This document shows positions 1 to 10,819 of a DNA stretch of 30,847 nt, in pieces. The stretch is from Pocillopora damicornis (lineage: Eukaryota): contig NW_020843698.1 of NCBI RefSeq assembly GCF_003704095.1, positions 114,018 through 144,864 of the forward strand, given 5' to 3'. Position 1 is the stretch's first letter. Each line of letters opens with the position of its first letter. The position numbers and the translations under genes were made by a program. The notes beneath the pieces are model-generated. The model had not been told where the DNA came from and did not search any database. It saw nothing but the letters and a program-made list of their open reading frames with translations.

Positions 1-600
1 GACCCATCCTTGTTACTGCATTATTCTCAATCAATATTTTATTCCCTTAGATATCTTGATTAAGGTGTCATAATGACTAATACATACCCTCTCTCATGAT
101 AACTCTCCATTGGTTTTGTAGTTTGTTCAGATTGAATTTTGTGCTCTTTTCTTCTTTAATTAGTTTATCCTAGCATAACAACAAAAGAAACTCCACTATC
201 AGACATTGTTCACAGTGCAGAACTGGTAAGGGAATATCAAACAAAGTGAACAACACGAAAATTAATTAAATGTAAGGGGGGCTTAAGTTTCTGAGGAAAC
301 TGTGGTGCTGGGTGATGGGGGGTTTTACGAGACAATTTGGCTTAAGAGTTTCTTAAGCTGACTTTTTAGCATTAAAACTTTACCAAAGCAAGTAGAGAAA
401 TTGCAGGCTGTTTGTGGTTAGGGTTATTTGATAGAAAACCAAATTATCTCTCAATTAAAAGTAAATTATTTCAATGTAGAAGTAATGGTTTTCAGGTTAG
501 TCAAGTCAAAGACTGTTGTCCATGGCAGTGACTGACATTTCCATAAAGGGGTCCTGTGAACTGATATACCAATCACAATGCAAGACTCAAAAGAACAAAG

Positions 601-660
601 TGGAGATGAGGGGGAGGAGGAGAGGGGGAGAGAGGGAGAGGGAGAGGGAGAGGGGGGAAG
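601..660. repeat. Purine-only (GA/GGA)n low-complexity tract.
   Basis: 60 bp containing only G and A. The minus-strand track ORF 587-769 is its translation artefact. Confidence 0.8.
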
Positions 661-1007
661 CTATTTCATGAGAGGCAAGTAAACTGCTCGGAATCCAATT
701 TATCATAAAGAGTAATATACAATTTAATTCAGTGATACACGCTCCGGAGCTGAGCGACAGCGTGAGCAAATTATGTAAACTCTATTTAAGCTTTTAAAAC
801 TACTTCAAAATATGTATTTGAAAGATCGGTACGGTTGGCAATTGGAGAGGTTGAAATTTGTTGCATCATCCAGTCTGTCATCATTAACTTTGCAACCGCT
901 TCAAGTCGTTGCAAAATATGAGATCCTGGTAATATAACTGCCACTGAGTTTCGCGAACTTATGTAGAGGTTGAATAAAAAATACAAAGTACAATTTGTGC
1001 GATTTAC

Positions 1008-1151
1008 CTTCAAAAATTGTGTCAACATGTCCTCCTTTTTCTTCTTCATTTCTTCCTCTGCCAATCTTTTCTGCTCCATATAAAGAAGCCTCTCTTCCTC
1101 AGTCATCTTTGCAAGTTTCTTTTTGCCTGATTTCTTTTTCTTGGGAGGCAT
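1008..1151 (-). CDS. First coding exon of a minus-strand gene: MPPKKKKSGKKKLAKMTEEERLLYMEQKRLAEEEMKKKKEDMLTQFLK (lysine-rich, coiled-coil-type). Downstream exons lie beyond the window start.
   Basis: ATG is the reverse complement of cat at 1149-1151. The 48-codon open frame ends at a GTAAAT donor (minus strand; + 1002-1007). The track ORF 786-1178 reads through this intron and starts from a TTG. No in-frame phase-0 acceptor for a second exon was found inside 1-1007. Confidence 0.5.
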
Positions 1152-1339
1152 TTTTCCTCCGGAATGTATCGAAAACAAGAAAAACGATACAGATCCTGAC
1201 TCAAATGGCTGACCCCAAAAGAGTGATCACCGTTGCTTGGCGACGGGAAGGTACATCATATATGGTATCCTAGAGCATACTTAAAAATACAAAAACGAGC
1301 GCATCAGACCATTGTCTGGCAAAACAATTTTAAAAAAGT
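1152..1339. promoter_or_regulatory. Short bidirectional (head-to-head) promoter shared by the minus-strand K-rich gene and ASPDH.
   Basis: Only ~190 bp separate the two divergently oriented start codons (1151 minus, 1340 plus). It contains an RFX X-box-like imperfect palindrome, gttgcttggcgac, at 1232-1244. Confidence 0.45.
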
Positions 1340-1397
1340 ATGAACTGTGCCATTAAGAAGAAAAGACGCGTTGGTATTGTAGGATATGGACACATAG
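1340..1397 (+). CDS. ASPDH: ASPDH exon 1 (MNCAIKKKRRVGIVGYGHIG; NAD-binding Rossmann GxGxxG).
   Basis: ATG at 1340. VGIVGYGHIG aligns to the human ASPDH N-terminus RVGVVGYGRLG. Donor GTAGGA at 1398; phase 1. Confidence 0.75.
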
Positions 1398-1790
1398 GTA
1401 GGATAGTTAACATATCCACTCGATTTTACCACCATTAGATCTTGACTAATAATTAAAACTTCAGCTAATTTCCGAGGTACCACGAGCCTCATTAAGTAAT
1501 TAAGACTGGAAAGTCGTACACCCAGGAAATTTGAACCAACAGGCTTCAATAGAAGTGACGCGAGGTCTTTCTTATACGACTCGTTTTGTAGTTTTTACTT
1601 CTCATAAAGGATATCTCATCGTCAACAGATCATGATCAGTGACGCTTTAAAGTGAATTCTGCAGAAACTGCTATCCAATTTATAGCTATATAAATTATGC
1701 AATATAACAGTACCACGTGTAAGTCCCGTCAGAACAGTGTCGAGTAATTGATTAACAGATCTACAATTTTTTCAATTTTTTTTTCGGTAG

Positions 1791-1926
1791 GAAAATATTT
1801 AGTTGGGGAAATATTAAAGAGAGATGATCTTGAGCTCAGTTTTGTTTGGAACAGAACTTCTGAAGCTCTCCGGAACAAAATAGATGATCGTTACATTCTG
1901 GAAGATTTATCGTCCTTTGCAGAAAA
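1791..1926 (+). CDS. ASPDH: ASPDH exon 2 (KYLVGEILKRDDLELSFVWNRTSEALRNKIDDRYILEDLSSFAE).
   Basis: Acceptor ttttcggtag at 1781-1790. Aligns to human ASPDH LVSRLL...LELVFVWNRDPG. Donor GTATTC at 1927. Confidence 0.75.
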
Positions 1927-2311
1927 GTATTCTTGCTAAAATTAAGTTTATATTGTTTGAAAAGAGATAATACTTAACTTATAAAAGTGAAAATACCTTT
2001 AAAGGATACCAGAATCTTGTTTTAATCCATTTACACCTAGAAGTTATTAACGTATAACTTCTCTCTCAAATATTTATACATTATACAGTAAACAGGTAAT
2101 GAGAATACTCAAACGTATCAGGTAGAAGTTGTTATCTTGATCTAACACAAAGGGGCATAGCTTGAGGCTGAAGATTTTTCATTTCAGATATTTTTGATGG
2201 TCTAGCAGATTTTTCTAATCAAATACTTCTAATATTTCTATATAACATGCATCAGATCCTGGTACATATTTTGATTTAAAATAACTTTTTTTTTTTATGG
2301 TGGTTGTACAG

Positions 2312-2396
2312 GACTCCAGATTTGATTGTTGAGGTTGCACATCCTTCAATAACAGTAGAGTTTGGTGAATCATTCCTTGATGTTGCTGATTACATG
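2312..2396 (+). CDS. ASPDH: ASPDH exon 3 (K-TPDLIVEVAHPSITVEFGESFLDVADYM).
   Basis: Acceptor tgtacag at 2305-2311. Matches human [21 protein letters not shown]. Donor GTATGT at 2397. Confidence 0.8.
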
Positions 2397-2881
2397 GTAT
2401 GTAACTGATCTTTTTACATTGTTAAATTTTTATCATCTGTCACCTCGAAATATATATAGTTTTTTGTCTCTTGCTAAATGCAGCTATATTTTGATGCCCT
2501 ACCCTGCACCAGGAGCAGTTTTTAATTCTCTCTAATTGTTTTCTCAGCAAAAATGAAAGCCCAGCTATTTAAATGGTTTCGCCCCTTTAAAATAACTAAC
2601 ATTTAATTTCTTCTTACAATATCATCCCTGAATAACTTGTTAAGTATACAAAAAATAAAGGAATCGATCACCAACGAGAGAAGCTCCTGATTGTTGACCA
2701 AATTCTCCATGTCAGAACCTTAGGAAACATACTGAGAACAGTATGGAGACTATGCATACTGATGTTAGGTTGTAAAGAGTTAAGCAGAGAGAAATTTAGG
2801 GAAGTTAAACAGTCAACATTAGATATGTATTCTGTATAGAACAAAATTAGTATTAATATTTTCTCCTTAATTTTTTGGTAG

Positions 2882-3031
2882 GTGGGTTCTCCAACTGCTC
2901 TGGCAAACTCAGATGTTGAAAACCGTCTGAGGTGGAAGGCTTCTAGTGGTAGCCATGGAATTTATATACCCAGTGGCGCTCTTTGGGGTGGTGCTGATAT
3001 CAAGAAAATGGCAGATATAGGGACTCTAAAG
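2882..3031 (+). CDS. ASPDH: ASPDH exon 4 (VGSPTALANSDVENRLRWKASSGSHGIYIPSGALWGGADIKKMADIGTLK).
   Basis: Acceptor ttttggtag. Matches human VGSPSALSDQTTERQL...ARGALWGAEDIRRL. Donor GTGTGT at 3032. Confidence 0.8.
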
Positions 3032-3585
3032 GTGTGTATCTACAAGATGTATTATTATTTATGATCCATAAATTATTTGTGCTAGCCTACAAAATAAATT
3101 GAAGATGGGTGATCTGAAGATACCACCAAAGTAACATTGCTCAATTTTCAAACCTCATGTCTACTACCATAAATCTTTGTTTAAAATTTAATTCAAGACA
3201 AGATAACATTTTATGGTTGTTACAAAGGAAGGGAAATTTTTTTTTGTTTATAAAGTCATACCAGAGAAAACTCAAAAGAAAAAATATCCACAGCAAATAG
3301 TAAGCTGTTCTTGAACATTTTTTGTGCATGTTGCAAAATATTTGAAGGATAAGAAACACAGTAGCCTCTATTTTGCACCAAAATATATAAAAAATAGCTT
3401 GTATTTGGTGCAGAAATATATATGGAAATTTGTTTGTGGACATTATCTGTTCCAAGGTGAGGACAGTTTTGCGAGAGCAAAGCTTGAGGAAAACTGTGAA
3501 CTTTGGAGTTATAAATACAGTTATTCATTTGTTATGATTACATTTACTAAGAATATATACTAGTAAATTTTAATTGCAATTTTAG

Positions 3586-3691
3586 GGACTGAAAGTAACA
3601 ATGAAAAAGCACCCATCTTGTTTTAAATTGAATGAACCTCTTAAGTCAAGGAATGAGCAAGTGAACACAGAACCTGTTGTACTGTATGATG
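3586..3691 (+). CDS. ASPDH: ASPDH exon 5 (GLKVTMKKHPSCFKLNEPLKSRNEQVNTEPVVLYD-).
   Basis: Acceptor aattttag at 3578-3585. Matches human RVTMATHPDGFRLEGPL...CTVLYEG. Donor GTAGGT at 3692; phase 1. Confidence 0.75.
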
Positions 3692-4247
3692 GTAGGTTTT
3701 AAAAGATTTTTTGTTTCATAAATTACCCAAAGAATAACCTCTGTCTAATTGTTATTGAAAATAATATAGCTCTCATTTTCTTTCAAATCAAAGCCATGAT
3801 TTTTTTCACCCTGATTGTATTCCAAGACCTTCCATGAAGATTTCCTAAGGTGTATTGAGAAGTTAATAAATTCTTGATTTCATGAGGATGCTTTCCCTTA
3901 TTAAAAGAATACTCCTGAAAGGCTTAAAAAAGCCAAATTTTTTGTAGGTGGGCATGAAAAATTGGCAGCATGTGCGGTCGTCATTATTAGCATTCTGGCA
4001 CAAGTGTTTTTACCCGCAAGGAAGTATATGGCCTTTAGAAATGTGAGCCAGTAAGAGTTCTTCAAGGGGTTGAGCACTGACAATTAGTGTCAGACCCAAT
4101 GGAAGCTTCTCCTTACTTGTCTCAGATCTTCCTGTGGGCAGAGAAACACACATCCTGCAGCACTATTAATGAGGGCCTGCTTGTAGTCTAGAGAAATTGG
4201 TTGCCAGGGGTGAACTTGTCTGAGCCAGGGGGATGGTAACAATATGA

Positions 4248-4451
<204 letters not shown>

Positions 4452-5260
4452 TAAGACTGACAGATTAAATTCGTTTTGCAAATTTTGTTTGCAAATTTGA
4501 TTGAATACACTTTGCCTCTGTCCTAAATATTTCAGGCCTGAAAAGAGTTTCAGATTTTCCATCCAAAGGCAGCTCCACTTTGAAAATCATTGATTTAATA
4601 CGTGGCAAGTTCAGTCCATTTGAATACTCTTTTCAAAAAATGCTACATACTTTTGTTCTGAAATCTTTTGAGTATTCCAGTTATAATTCTATTAGTCTCA
4701 GAAATGCCTCTGTGGCAATAGAAGTTTAGTATCCTCAAGTCACAATCACTGGTTTTCTTTCTATAAGCACAGCCATTTTTTTATTCTCTCACACTTTTTC
4801 TAAGAAAAACTCTCTCAAAAGCAACATGCATGACTGCACTCATGCAAAGTGTCAATCAAAACTCAACTACATTCGGGTCCAGTCTCAGAAACTATAAGCT
4901 CTTTGCTATGGAAACCAGGATAAACTGGGTAAGCAATGGGTAATCAAGAAAGATAAGTTAACTCTGTACTCGAGTTAAGTGGCTCACCCAATCAGAGCTT
5001 GTTCCTCATCCTTTAGCAAAACGACACGAAGTATCATTACTCCCCCCCCTAGATGATCGCAAGGTTACCCCCCTTCCCCCCAAAAAAAGAAATTAACTAT
5101 TCTTCCCTGACATTTTCCTGGTACCCATTTTTCTCCTGCTTGGAGAGAGACTCTGTGAGAGTAAGGTGTTTTGCCCAACTAGATAATCAGGAGTGCAATG
5201 CTTATTAAGAAATCCTGTTTCCTGAAATCTCTTTTTTAATTATGATGTTCTATTACTTAG

Positions 5261-5409
5261 TCTAAATGCTCATATTGTGCAAGTTGATGTCTTTGGACCC
5301 GGTGATGAACAAAACCAGTTCACAGTCAAGACTGTGCGCCATAATCCAGCAGGATCTGGAGCCATCACTGGCAATGCAACATATGCATCATTTCTTTGTA
5401 GTATGCTGG
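5261..5409 (+). CDS. ASPDH: ASPDH exon 7 (F-LNAHIVQVDVFGPGDEQNQFTVKTVRHNPAGSGAITGNATYASFLCSML). An alternative acceptor lies at 5283/5284.
   Basis: Acceptor attacttag at 5252-5260, phase 2, pairing with the 4451 donor. Matches human DMHVVDVELSGPRGPTG...AVTGSATVTAFWQSLL. Donor GTAAGA at 5410. Confidence 0.6.
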
Positions 5410-5667
5410 GTAAGAACTTACACTTTTAAAGAGTTTGTGATATGGACAGCAGAACAGAAGGCATTAGGAGTGTAGAGGAATATTATAGTACATTCCAGAA
5501 CGTTCCATTTTTTACATTGTAACTCTAAAGTTGTGTGCTTAGTCAAGCATATCAGTTTGTAAATAGGATATTAATTAATTATTTAGACTGTTCTAGATTG
5601 TTACCTTGCTTTCCGAAGACTATCTCATGCTGATATTTTCAAACAAAATCTTTCTCTTTTTTTTCAG

Positions 5668-5705
5668 GAGCCCACAGTCAGGGACCTGGACTTCATCTTT
5701 GTTGA
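5668..5705 (+). CDS. ASPDH: ASPDH terminal exon (G-AHSQGPGLHLC, stop TGA at 5703-5705).
   Basis: Acceptor ttttttttcag at 5657-5667. The C-terminus GPGLHLC* matches human ...SRPGIHLC*. Confidence 0.75.
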
Positions 5706-5765
5706 ATTAGCTTTCAAAAAATTTGTATTTTTAAGAATTTTTCTTTTTTGAAAAAATGGATCCCA

Positions 5766-5771
5766 AATAAA
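5766..5771 (+). other. AATAAA polyadenylation signal, probably for ASPDH.
   Basis: Canonical hexamer ~60 nt downstream of the ASPDH stop codon. Confidence 0.45.
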
Positions 5772-6299
5772 AACACCTTTTGGTATGTACACATATCAGG
5801 GAGAGGTTAATCCTTCCACTCTCAAGATCTCATTAGTAATCCTCCTTAGTGTCTGCCATACAATTCCTATGATATTAGTTGAGAGAATAAGAGTCCTTTG
5901 GGCTGGTTAAAGGAGAGTTATGCTCCAGATACAGGGGTTTCAAAACAAGCTGGCAACCGTCAGAGTTCTACTAGCTCCTTGATAATAAGTTGCCAGTTTC
6001 ACTGATCAAAATAATTACCTTGTGGTCTTTAATCAACTTTTCAATTCCCCTACTTTTGCAGAATCTGATGCCTTCTTCAAAACATTTTGAAGAAACAGAT
6101 TTTATCTACGCAATATTTTTTGCTTGTGCTCTATTGGCTCAAATATACCATGTGATTGGATATTGTCAATTATCCATTTACAAAAAAAGAGGCTAGACTC
6201 TAAACTCTGTAGAACTTGTTAAATGAGCCATAACATTTGTGGTGTCAATTGAGTACAGGACACCTGAGAAATGCGTACCGGAAGTAACTTTGGGCTCAT

Positions 6300-6520
6300 T
6301 TCTATCCGGTGTGGGAAGAAGAATGGGCTCCCTGTGAACCCTTGGGCAACCCCTTAGCCCCAGTTGTTCGAAGATTGGATAACGCTATCCACTGGATAAA
6401 ACTCTATCCGGTAGATAACGCCATACGTTTTGCTATCACTTATACGCCGGATAGCGGTTTATCCGTTGGATAGCATTATCACTGGTTACTCGGGCTTTTC
6501 GTGCCTGTTATCTATTATCG
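6300..6520. repeat. Cluster of short palindromic GATA-type motifs (ggataacgctatcc, ggataaaactctatcc, cggatagcggtttatccg, ttggatagcattatc, ttatctattatcg).
   Basis: At least 8 GATAA/TTATC-core motifs lie within ~200 bp, mostly as inverted pairs able to form short hairpins. Read directly from the sequence. Confidence 0.5.
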
Positions 6521-8149
6521 AAAGAATGCCCTGGGAACGAGGTTACACGAAATCCAGAGCACAGGCGGAAACTTTTCAGGATGTCTTGAATAATTCACCG
6601 ATAATATGAGTAAATTGGACATCTATGCAGGTGAGAGGTCTCGTCGCTGTAAACAGTAGTAACTGATTAAGTAAGGAATAACTACTTTGGGTTCAAAAAT
6701 GGCGCGTGGTGATGACAAAGTTTCGAAAAATGTTGATAAACTCGGAGTCAACAGCTGTTGAACTGGCAGAGTTTCAAGATATGGAGAAAGATAATTCACC
6801 CCGAACCAAATAAGGGAATCAAAGTTTGTTTCGTCAATGATGTCACCAATCAGCTAATTATTTAAAATCGACCAATATTTCAGATCTGAGGTTGTAAGGC
6901 AAGAAGAAAAAGTCCAGAATCATTAGGGTTCCTCTCAAGAATTAGTTTGGCTTCGATAAGAATTTTTTCCTTCCTTTTGAAATTTCTTTATATTCAGCTA
7001 CTGCCATACCTTTTTTAAAATAAATGTCTCCCTAAGTTCATTAGTTTGTAGTTCTCACAGTCTGCTTAACCGAAAAAAAACAGTTTAATCTCTGAGAGTG
7101 TGTGTTGAGCTGGAAAATGTATCCTCTGCCAAAATGGCGACCAAAAATTGAAATTGAGTTTATGGAAACACAACTCCCATAGCAAGTAAAGGCATGGTTC
7201 ATATAGAAACTATGGAAAATGCTAAGTCAGTTCAATCCAGCTTATTAGTAAAATAACTGTTTCAAATTTGGTCATATTTGCATACTTTTGGGTTTGGCAT
7301 ACACCCTCAGCCATTCAAATGTGTGAAATTTTTTTCAAATTTTAAATAAAATTTTGTGTGGCTTGAATGATACCAGACTGGAATAGAGATGTTCTTTTAC
7401 TGAGGTCACTATGGAGTTTTTTGGAGGCTAATTTGACCCATTTAACAAGGTTATTAAGACAACCATCTAGCTCACTGCTGAGATTTGACAATTGATAAGG
7501 TAAGGTATGAAGCCAATGAAAAAGTATTCAATATATTGTATCACTATAGCTTTAACTATGACTTAAAAGGTTCAGTGACAGTTGCCCGGAATAAAAGAGG
7601 AAAGTGATTGTAAAAGCAGGGATAAGAAAAATTATAGAGGAACAATTTTAATCCTTTTTAACATGTTTTTTTATTTCATTTTCTTATCTGATCAACAGAT
7701 GCTGTAGCATGGTATGTAACATTTTGTCTATAATGTTAAATTCCTTTTAACAAAGTTCTCCAAGTAAACCTTCATGAGCAATCTATAACCTTACCTTTGT
7801 TAGGCTGGGAGAAGTAGGCATAAAGGTATTTCTAAAAAACAAGAGCCATTGTAGACTGTCCAGTGATGATAATTAACAACTACGTGAAGTCTACAACTGA
7901 CCCAAGTAGCCTAATTATTCTGTGGATGCTTTGTCTAGTTTCAACAGCATTAACTTTTTGCACCCTAAGATCAGTATACGTATTCCTCATACTGTTCTCT
8001 GTACATCTGAAATGGTATTGACAAGGAAGTTGTGTAGAACAGTCAAGAGTTTCTTGAGTAGGTGATCATCTTCTGTATTCTCACAACCTTACTGTTTGAT
8101 TCAGTGGTGGTCATGTATAGAGAGATTAGATGCCAGTCACTCCCAGGGG

Positions 8150-8350
8150 TTATATTAAGAGTCAAATACCTGCGTGGTAGACTAACTGGCTCACCGATTG
8201 GCATGGTGGACTGAGCTCATAGTGGTTTGGGATCTAAACCTGACAGGGCCATTCTGTTTCGTTCTTCAGCCAGTCACTGTTCTCTCACAGTGCTTCTCTC
8301 TACCCAGGAGCATCAATGGATACTTCTCACCTGTCATGCAAATATGACAG
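8150..8350. repeat. Family E repeat (…ttctctcacagtgcttctctctacccaggagcatcaatggatac…). A second copy is at 22140-22235.
   Basis: The shared block ttcacagtgc.tc.ctctctacccaggag.at.aatgg.tac occurs at both locations. Confidence 0.45.
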
Positions 8351-8537
8351 GGTATTTTGTCTCTACCCATTTGTATTCCTGAAAGGAAAGAAGAACTGTG
8401 TGACTAATATATCTTTCTCAAGACTAGGGAACCTCTTGACCCAGTGTAGAGTGAGCTGACTTATAGACATGCTCATCCTTTAGATAACATGTTAGACTCC
8501 AAGATTTTTGCTATTAAATTTTTTTTCTTCTTTGTAG

Positions 8538-8667
8538 GTTAGAGGGAGCTGTTTTTGAAAGTCAGAAAATGGGTCATGTTAATCTTGATGCATTAATAAG
8601 TGACTGTAAGAATGCATCCCAGTGTGTTCAGATGCTTTTACCAATAGAGGAGGATTCACTTATACGG
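8538..8667 (+). CDS. Candidate upstream exon of the VPS4-like gene (LEGAVFESQKMGHVNLDALISDCKNASQCVQMLLPIEEDSLIR), possibly part of a divergent MIT-like helical N-terminus.
   Basis: Bounded by the acceptor ttcttctttgtag and donor GTAATA at 8668. It is open in one frame, and its phase is consistent with the following candidate exons. No strong homology was recognised. Confidence 0.35.
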
Positions 8668-9040
8668 GTAATAAGTAATGTAGTTTAATTTCCTTCAGCT
8701 AGTAAAACAAAGTGCGACAGTAAATGGTGCGATATACTGGCTGAGGAGTGGAAAAATTAGGGAGGCTTGGGTCAGGTCATGCAACATCACATCTACAGGA
8801 CCCAACCCAATCTTTCCTTGTTTTTGTTCTGTTTCTACTTCTGGGCCATTCACTGTTTTGTTTTGTTTTTTAATTGAATGCCTGGAACAGGCTATAGTTC
8901 CTTTTTGGAATTTATTTCACTGGTTTTTTTAAGTCTTTTTTTTTTTTGCAACAAATTTGAAAAATGGCATGTAGTATTATGACCATGCAATAATTATTAA
9001 GCTAGCTTCAAATCTTAATTGTTATAATTTTGACCCTTAG

Positions 9041-9137
9041 AATGCCCTTGATGAAATTTCTATCTCACTGGAAAGTTATCTTGAGATTCTTCACAAGAAA
9101 AAGAGGCTGCTTGACTATGGATACACATCAGACTCAG
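9041..9137 (+). CDS. Candidate upstream exon of the VPS4-like gene (NALDEISISLESYLEILHKKKRLLDYGYTSDS-).
   Basis: Acceptor tgacccttag, donor GTATTC at 9138. Phase 0 in and phase 1 out link it to the 8538 and 9686 exons. ESYLEILHKKKRLL loosely resembles MIT helix 3 (YLDRAEKLKDYL), and the SDSE..NP linker resembles the Vps4 linker. Confidence 0.4.
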
Positions 9138-9685
9138 GTATTCTTCATAACTTAAACACTAACCCCTTTCACCTTTAACTCCAAAGAGTGACTAGCCTCA
9201 AACTTTTCCAAACAGTTTCACTGCTGAGTCAGACATTAAGGTCAAGAAAATACAGAAAATGATCACTAGACAAAAGGCTCTTGATGATAAAACACATTCT
9301 CCTTGTTCTCCTGATGTTATGGTGTAGATGGTTAAGAAGGCTAACATTCCCAGGCTTCAGCTCTGAAGACTGATGTCAAACTGTATGAGGCATTTCTCAT
9401 GTTTTCACAGACACAAAACCACAATAAATCAACATCTATTTATAATGCCCAGTTTACGAGATCTGTAAAATGCCTTAACAATCCCTTGTAAAAAACCCAT
9501 TGGTTTTAATACTTGTATAATGAAAGGAAGTAGTTTCCCTGGCAAAGGTTTCCTCATCTGCCTCTCAGCTACCCTTGCTGTGCCATTTTTATTTTTTCTT
9601 ACACATTTTGAGATCATTTATGATATTTTGCTAGACACACCCACAGCAACATGGTATCTGTTTGTCAATTGTTTTTACCCTCTAG

Positions 9686-9725
9686 AAATGAATCCAGTAA
9701 AAAGTGAAAATAATGATTGTAGAAG
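9686..9725 (+). CDS. Candidate small linker exon of the VPS4-like gene (E-MNPVKSENNDCR-R).
   Basis: Acceptor accctctag, donor GTGAGC at 9726. The phases (1 in, 2 out) exactly bridge the 9041 exon and the 10163 exon. Confidence 0.4.
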
Positions 9726-9731
9726 GTGAGC

Positions 9732-9812
9732 TAATTATTATTAATTAATTAATTATTAATTAATTTATTAATTAGCTAATTATTAATTATTAATTAATTA
9801 AGTTATTATTAG
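9732..9812. repeat. AT-only (TTAAT/ATTA)n microsatellite.
   Basis: ~80 bp of tandem taatta-type units, immediately downstream of the candidate exon ending at 9725. Confidence 0.8.
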
Positions 9813-9887
9813 AAACAAGCCAATTGTATTACCCTGTTTCTTACTTTTATCTTACAATCCCAAAAACTCAAATGACAGCCCTGGTGC

Positions 9888-10145
9888 CTTAACCCTTGAG
9901 CCCATAATCATTGGTTAAATTTTAATCTTGTTTTAGAGTGATTTAATCGTGGGTTAGCACTAATCGGCTTTCGAACAACTGGAGCCTGATTGTTAATTCT
10001 CCTTTCTAGCTACTATGCATTTCCTTATAAATTAGTTATGGGAATTTGGTGTTAGATCAAGAAGACAACTTCTGCCTGATAAGTTCCAGTATTCTCATTA
10101 CCTGTTTGCTGGATAATGTATGGATATAATAGAGAGAAGTTAATC
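9888..10145 (+). repeat. ~250-bp MITE/SINE-like element (family B: ccttaacccttgag...gattgttaattctcc...ggtgttagatcaagaagacaacttctgcc...cctgtttgc...). Other copies: 14300-14440 (+), 2040-2160 (-), 16950-17110 (-), 20150-20340 (-), fragment 24540-24610 (+).
   Basis: The copies share long stretches in both orientations (for example ggtagaagttgttatcttgatctaacac versus its reverse complement ggtgttagatcaag...cttctgcc). This copy ends about 15 bp before the acceptor of the VPS4 exon at 10163. Confidence 0.6.
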
Positions 10146-10162
10146 ACTTTCATCTCTTGCAG

Positions 10163-10299
10163 GCGAAAAATTGCAATTCAAGACACAATTGTTTCCCATG
10201 GGCTTATTAAATTCTGTGATGTTGTTGGCCTTAATGATGCTAAGCAAGCACTGAAAGAAGCTGTTGTTACACCACTTCAATTTCCACACTTCTTTACAG
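10163..10299 (+). CDS. VPS4: VPS4-type AAA ATPase exon ([46 protein letters not shown]); start of the AAA cassette.
   Basis: Acceptor ctcttgcag. Aligns to Vps4 [33 protein letters not shown]. Donor GTAAGA at 10300. Confidence 0.8.
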
Positions 10300-10493
10300 G
10301 TAAGAACTTACTTATTTCAATGTCTCTGATATGTAAATTGTAGAATCAATCTAGGGCAAACTAGAAAGATAGGGAGTGTTTAGTGAATATTGCTATTTTT
10401 GGGTTAACCATTTGACACAGTGGCCATAAATATATGCATATTTATGTTAGGGTGTAGAGAGTTAAAATGTTTCGAAATTGTGACGTTTTGTAG

Positions 10494-10544
10494 GGGGTCG
10501 ACAGCCATGGAGGCGAATACTGCTGTATGGACCACCAGGAACAG
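10494..10544 (+). CDS. VPS4: VPS4-type AAA ATPase exon (G-GRQPWRRILLYGPPGT-), first half of Walker A.
   Basis: Acceptor ttttgtag. Matches Vps4 KRTPWRGILLFGPPGTG. Donor GTACTC at 10545. Confidence 0.8.
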
Positions 10545-10819
10545 GTACTCCAGTTTAATCTACGTCACTACTAGTCCATCGTTTGCCACCAATAGACCAA
10601 AAATAATATCTATTCTAAGGAGACAAAAGATAAAAAAAATGTGATAACATTCCACACCAATAACCTTGATTTACGGGCTGGCTCTCTAAGATTATGAGCA
10701 CTTTTCAACTGAGAGTCGAAAGTAATCTGCATTTACATTGGTGTTCTTTAGAGCAATTTCCATTGAGTGTCGAAAGTTATCCGATATGGATTGATTTCGC
10801 TTTACTCCGTTCTGTGATT

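Noticed and set aside
587-769. 60-aa minus-strand ORF (SLSLSLSPPLLLPL…).
   Set aside because: It is a translation of the (GA)n purine tract.
995-1273. 92-aa + strand ORF.
   Set aside because: It is the antisense shadow of the minus-strand coding exon 1008-1151 and runs into the promoter, with no homology.
6370-6480. Possible U4-like snRNA, suggested by the shared string ggtttatccg.
   Set aside because: Only a 10-nt coincidence. The 5' stem and Sm-site sequences of U4 are absent.
6608-6632. ATG…GTGAGA mini-exon (MSKLDIYA) as a possible VPS4 first coding exon.
   Set aside because: Its phase is incompatible with the next candidate exon at 8538, and it is too short to judge. It is mentioned in a finding but not annotated as a feature.
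9955-9975. tRNA-like ttcgaa motif (ggctttcgaacaactggagcc).
   Set aside because: It is part of the family-B interspersed repeat. No cloverleaf, no GTTCGAATC T-arm and no acceptor stem can be drawn.
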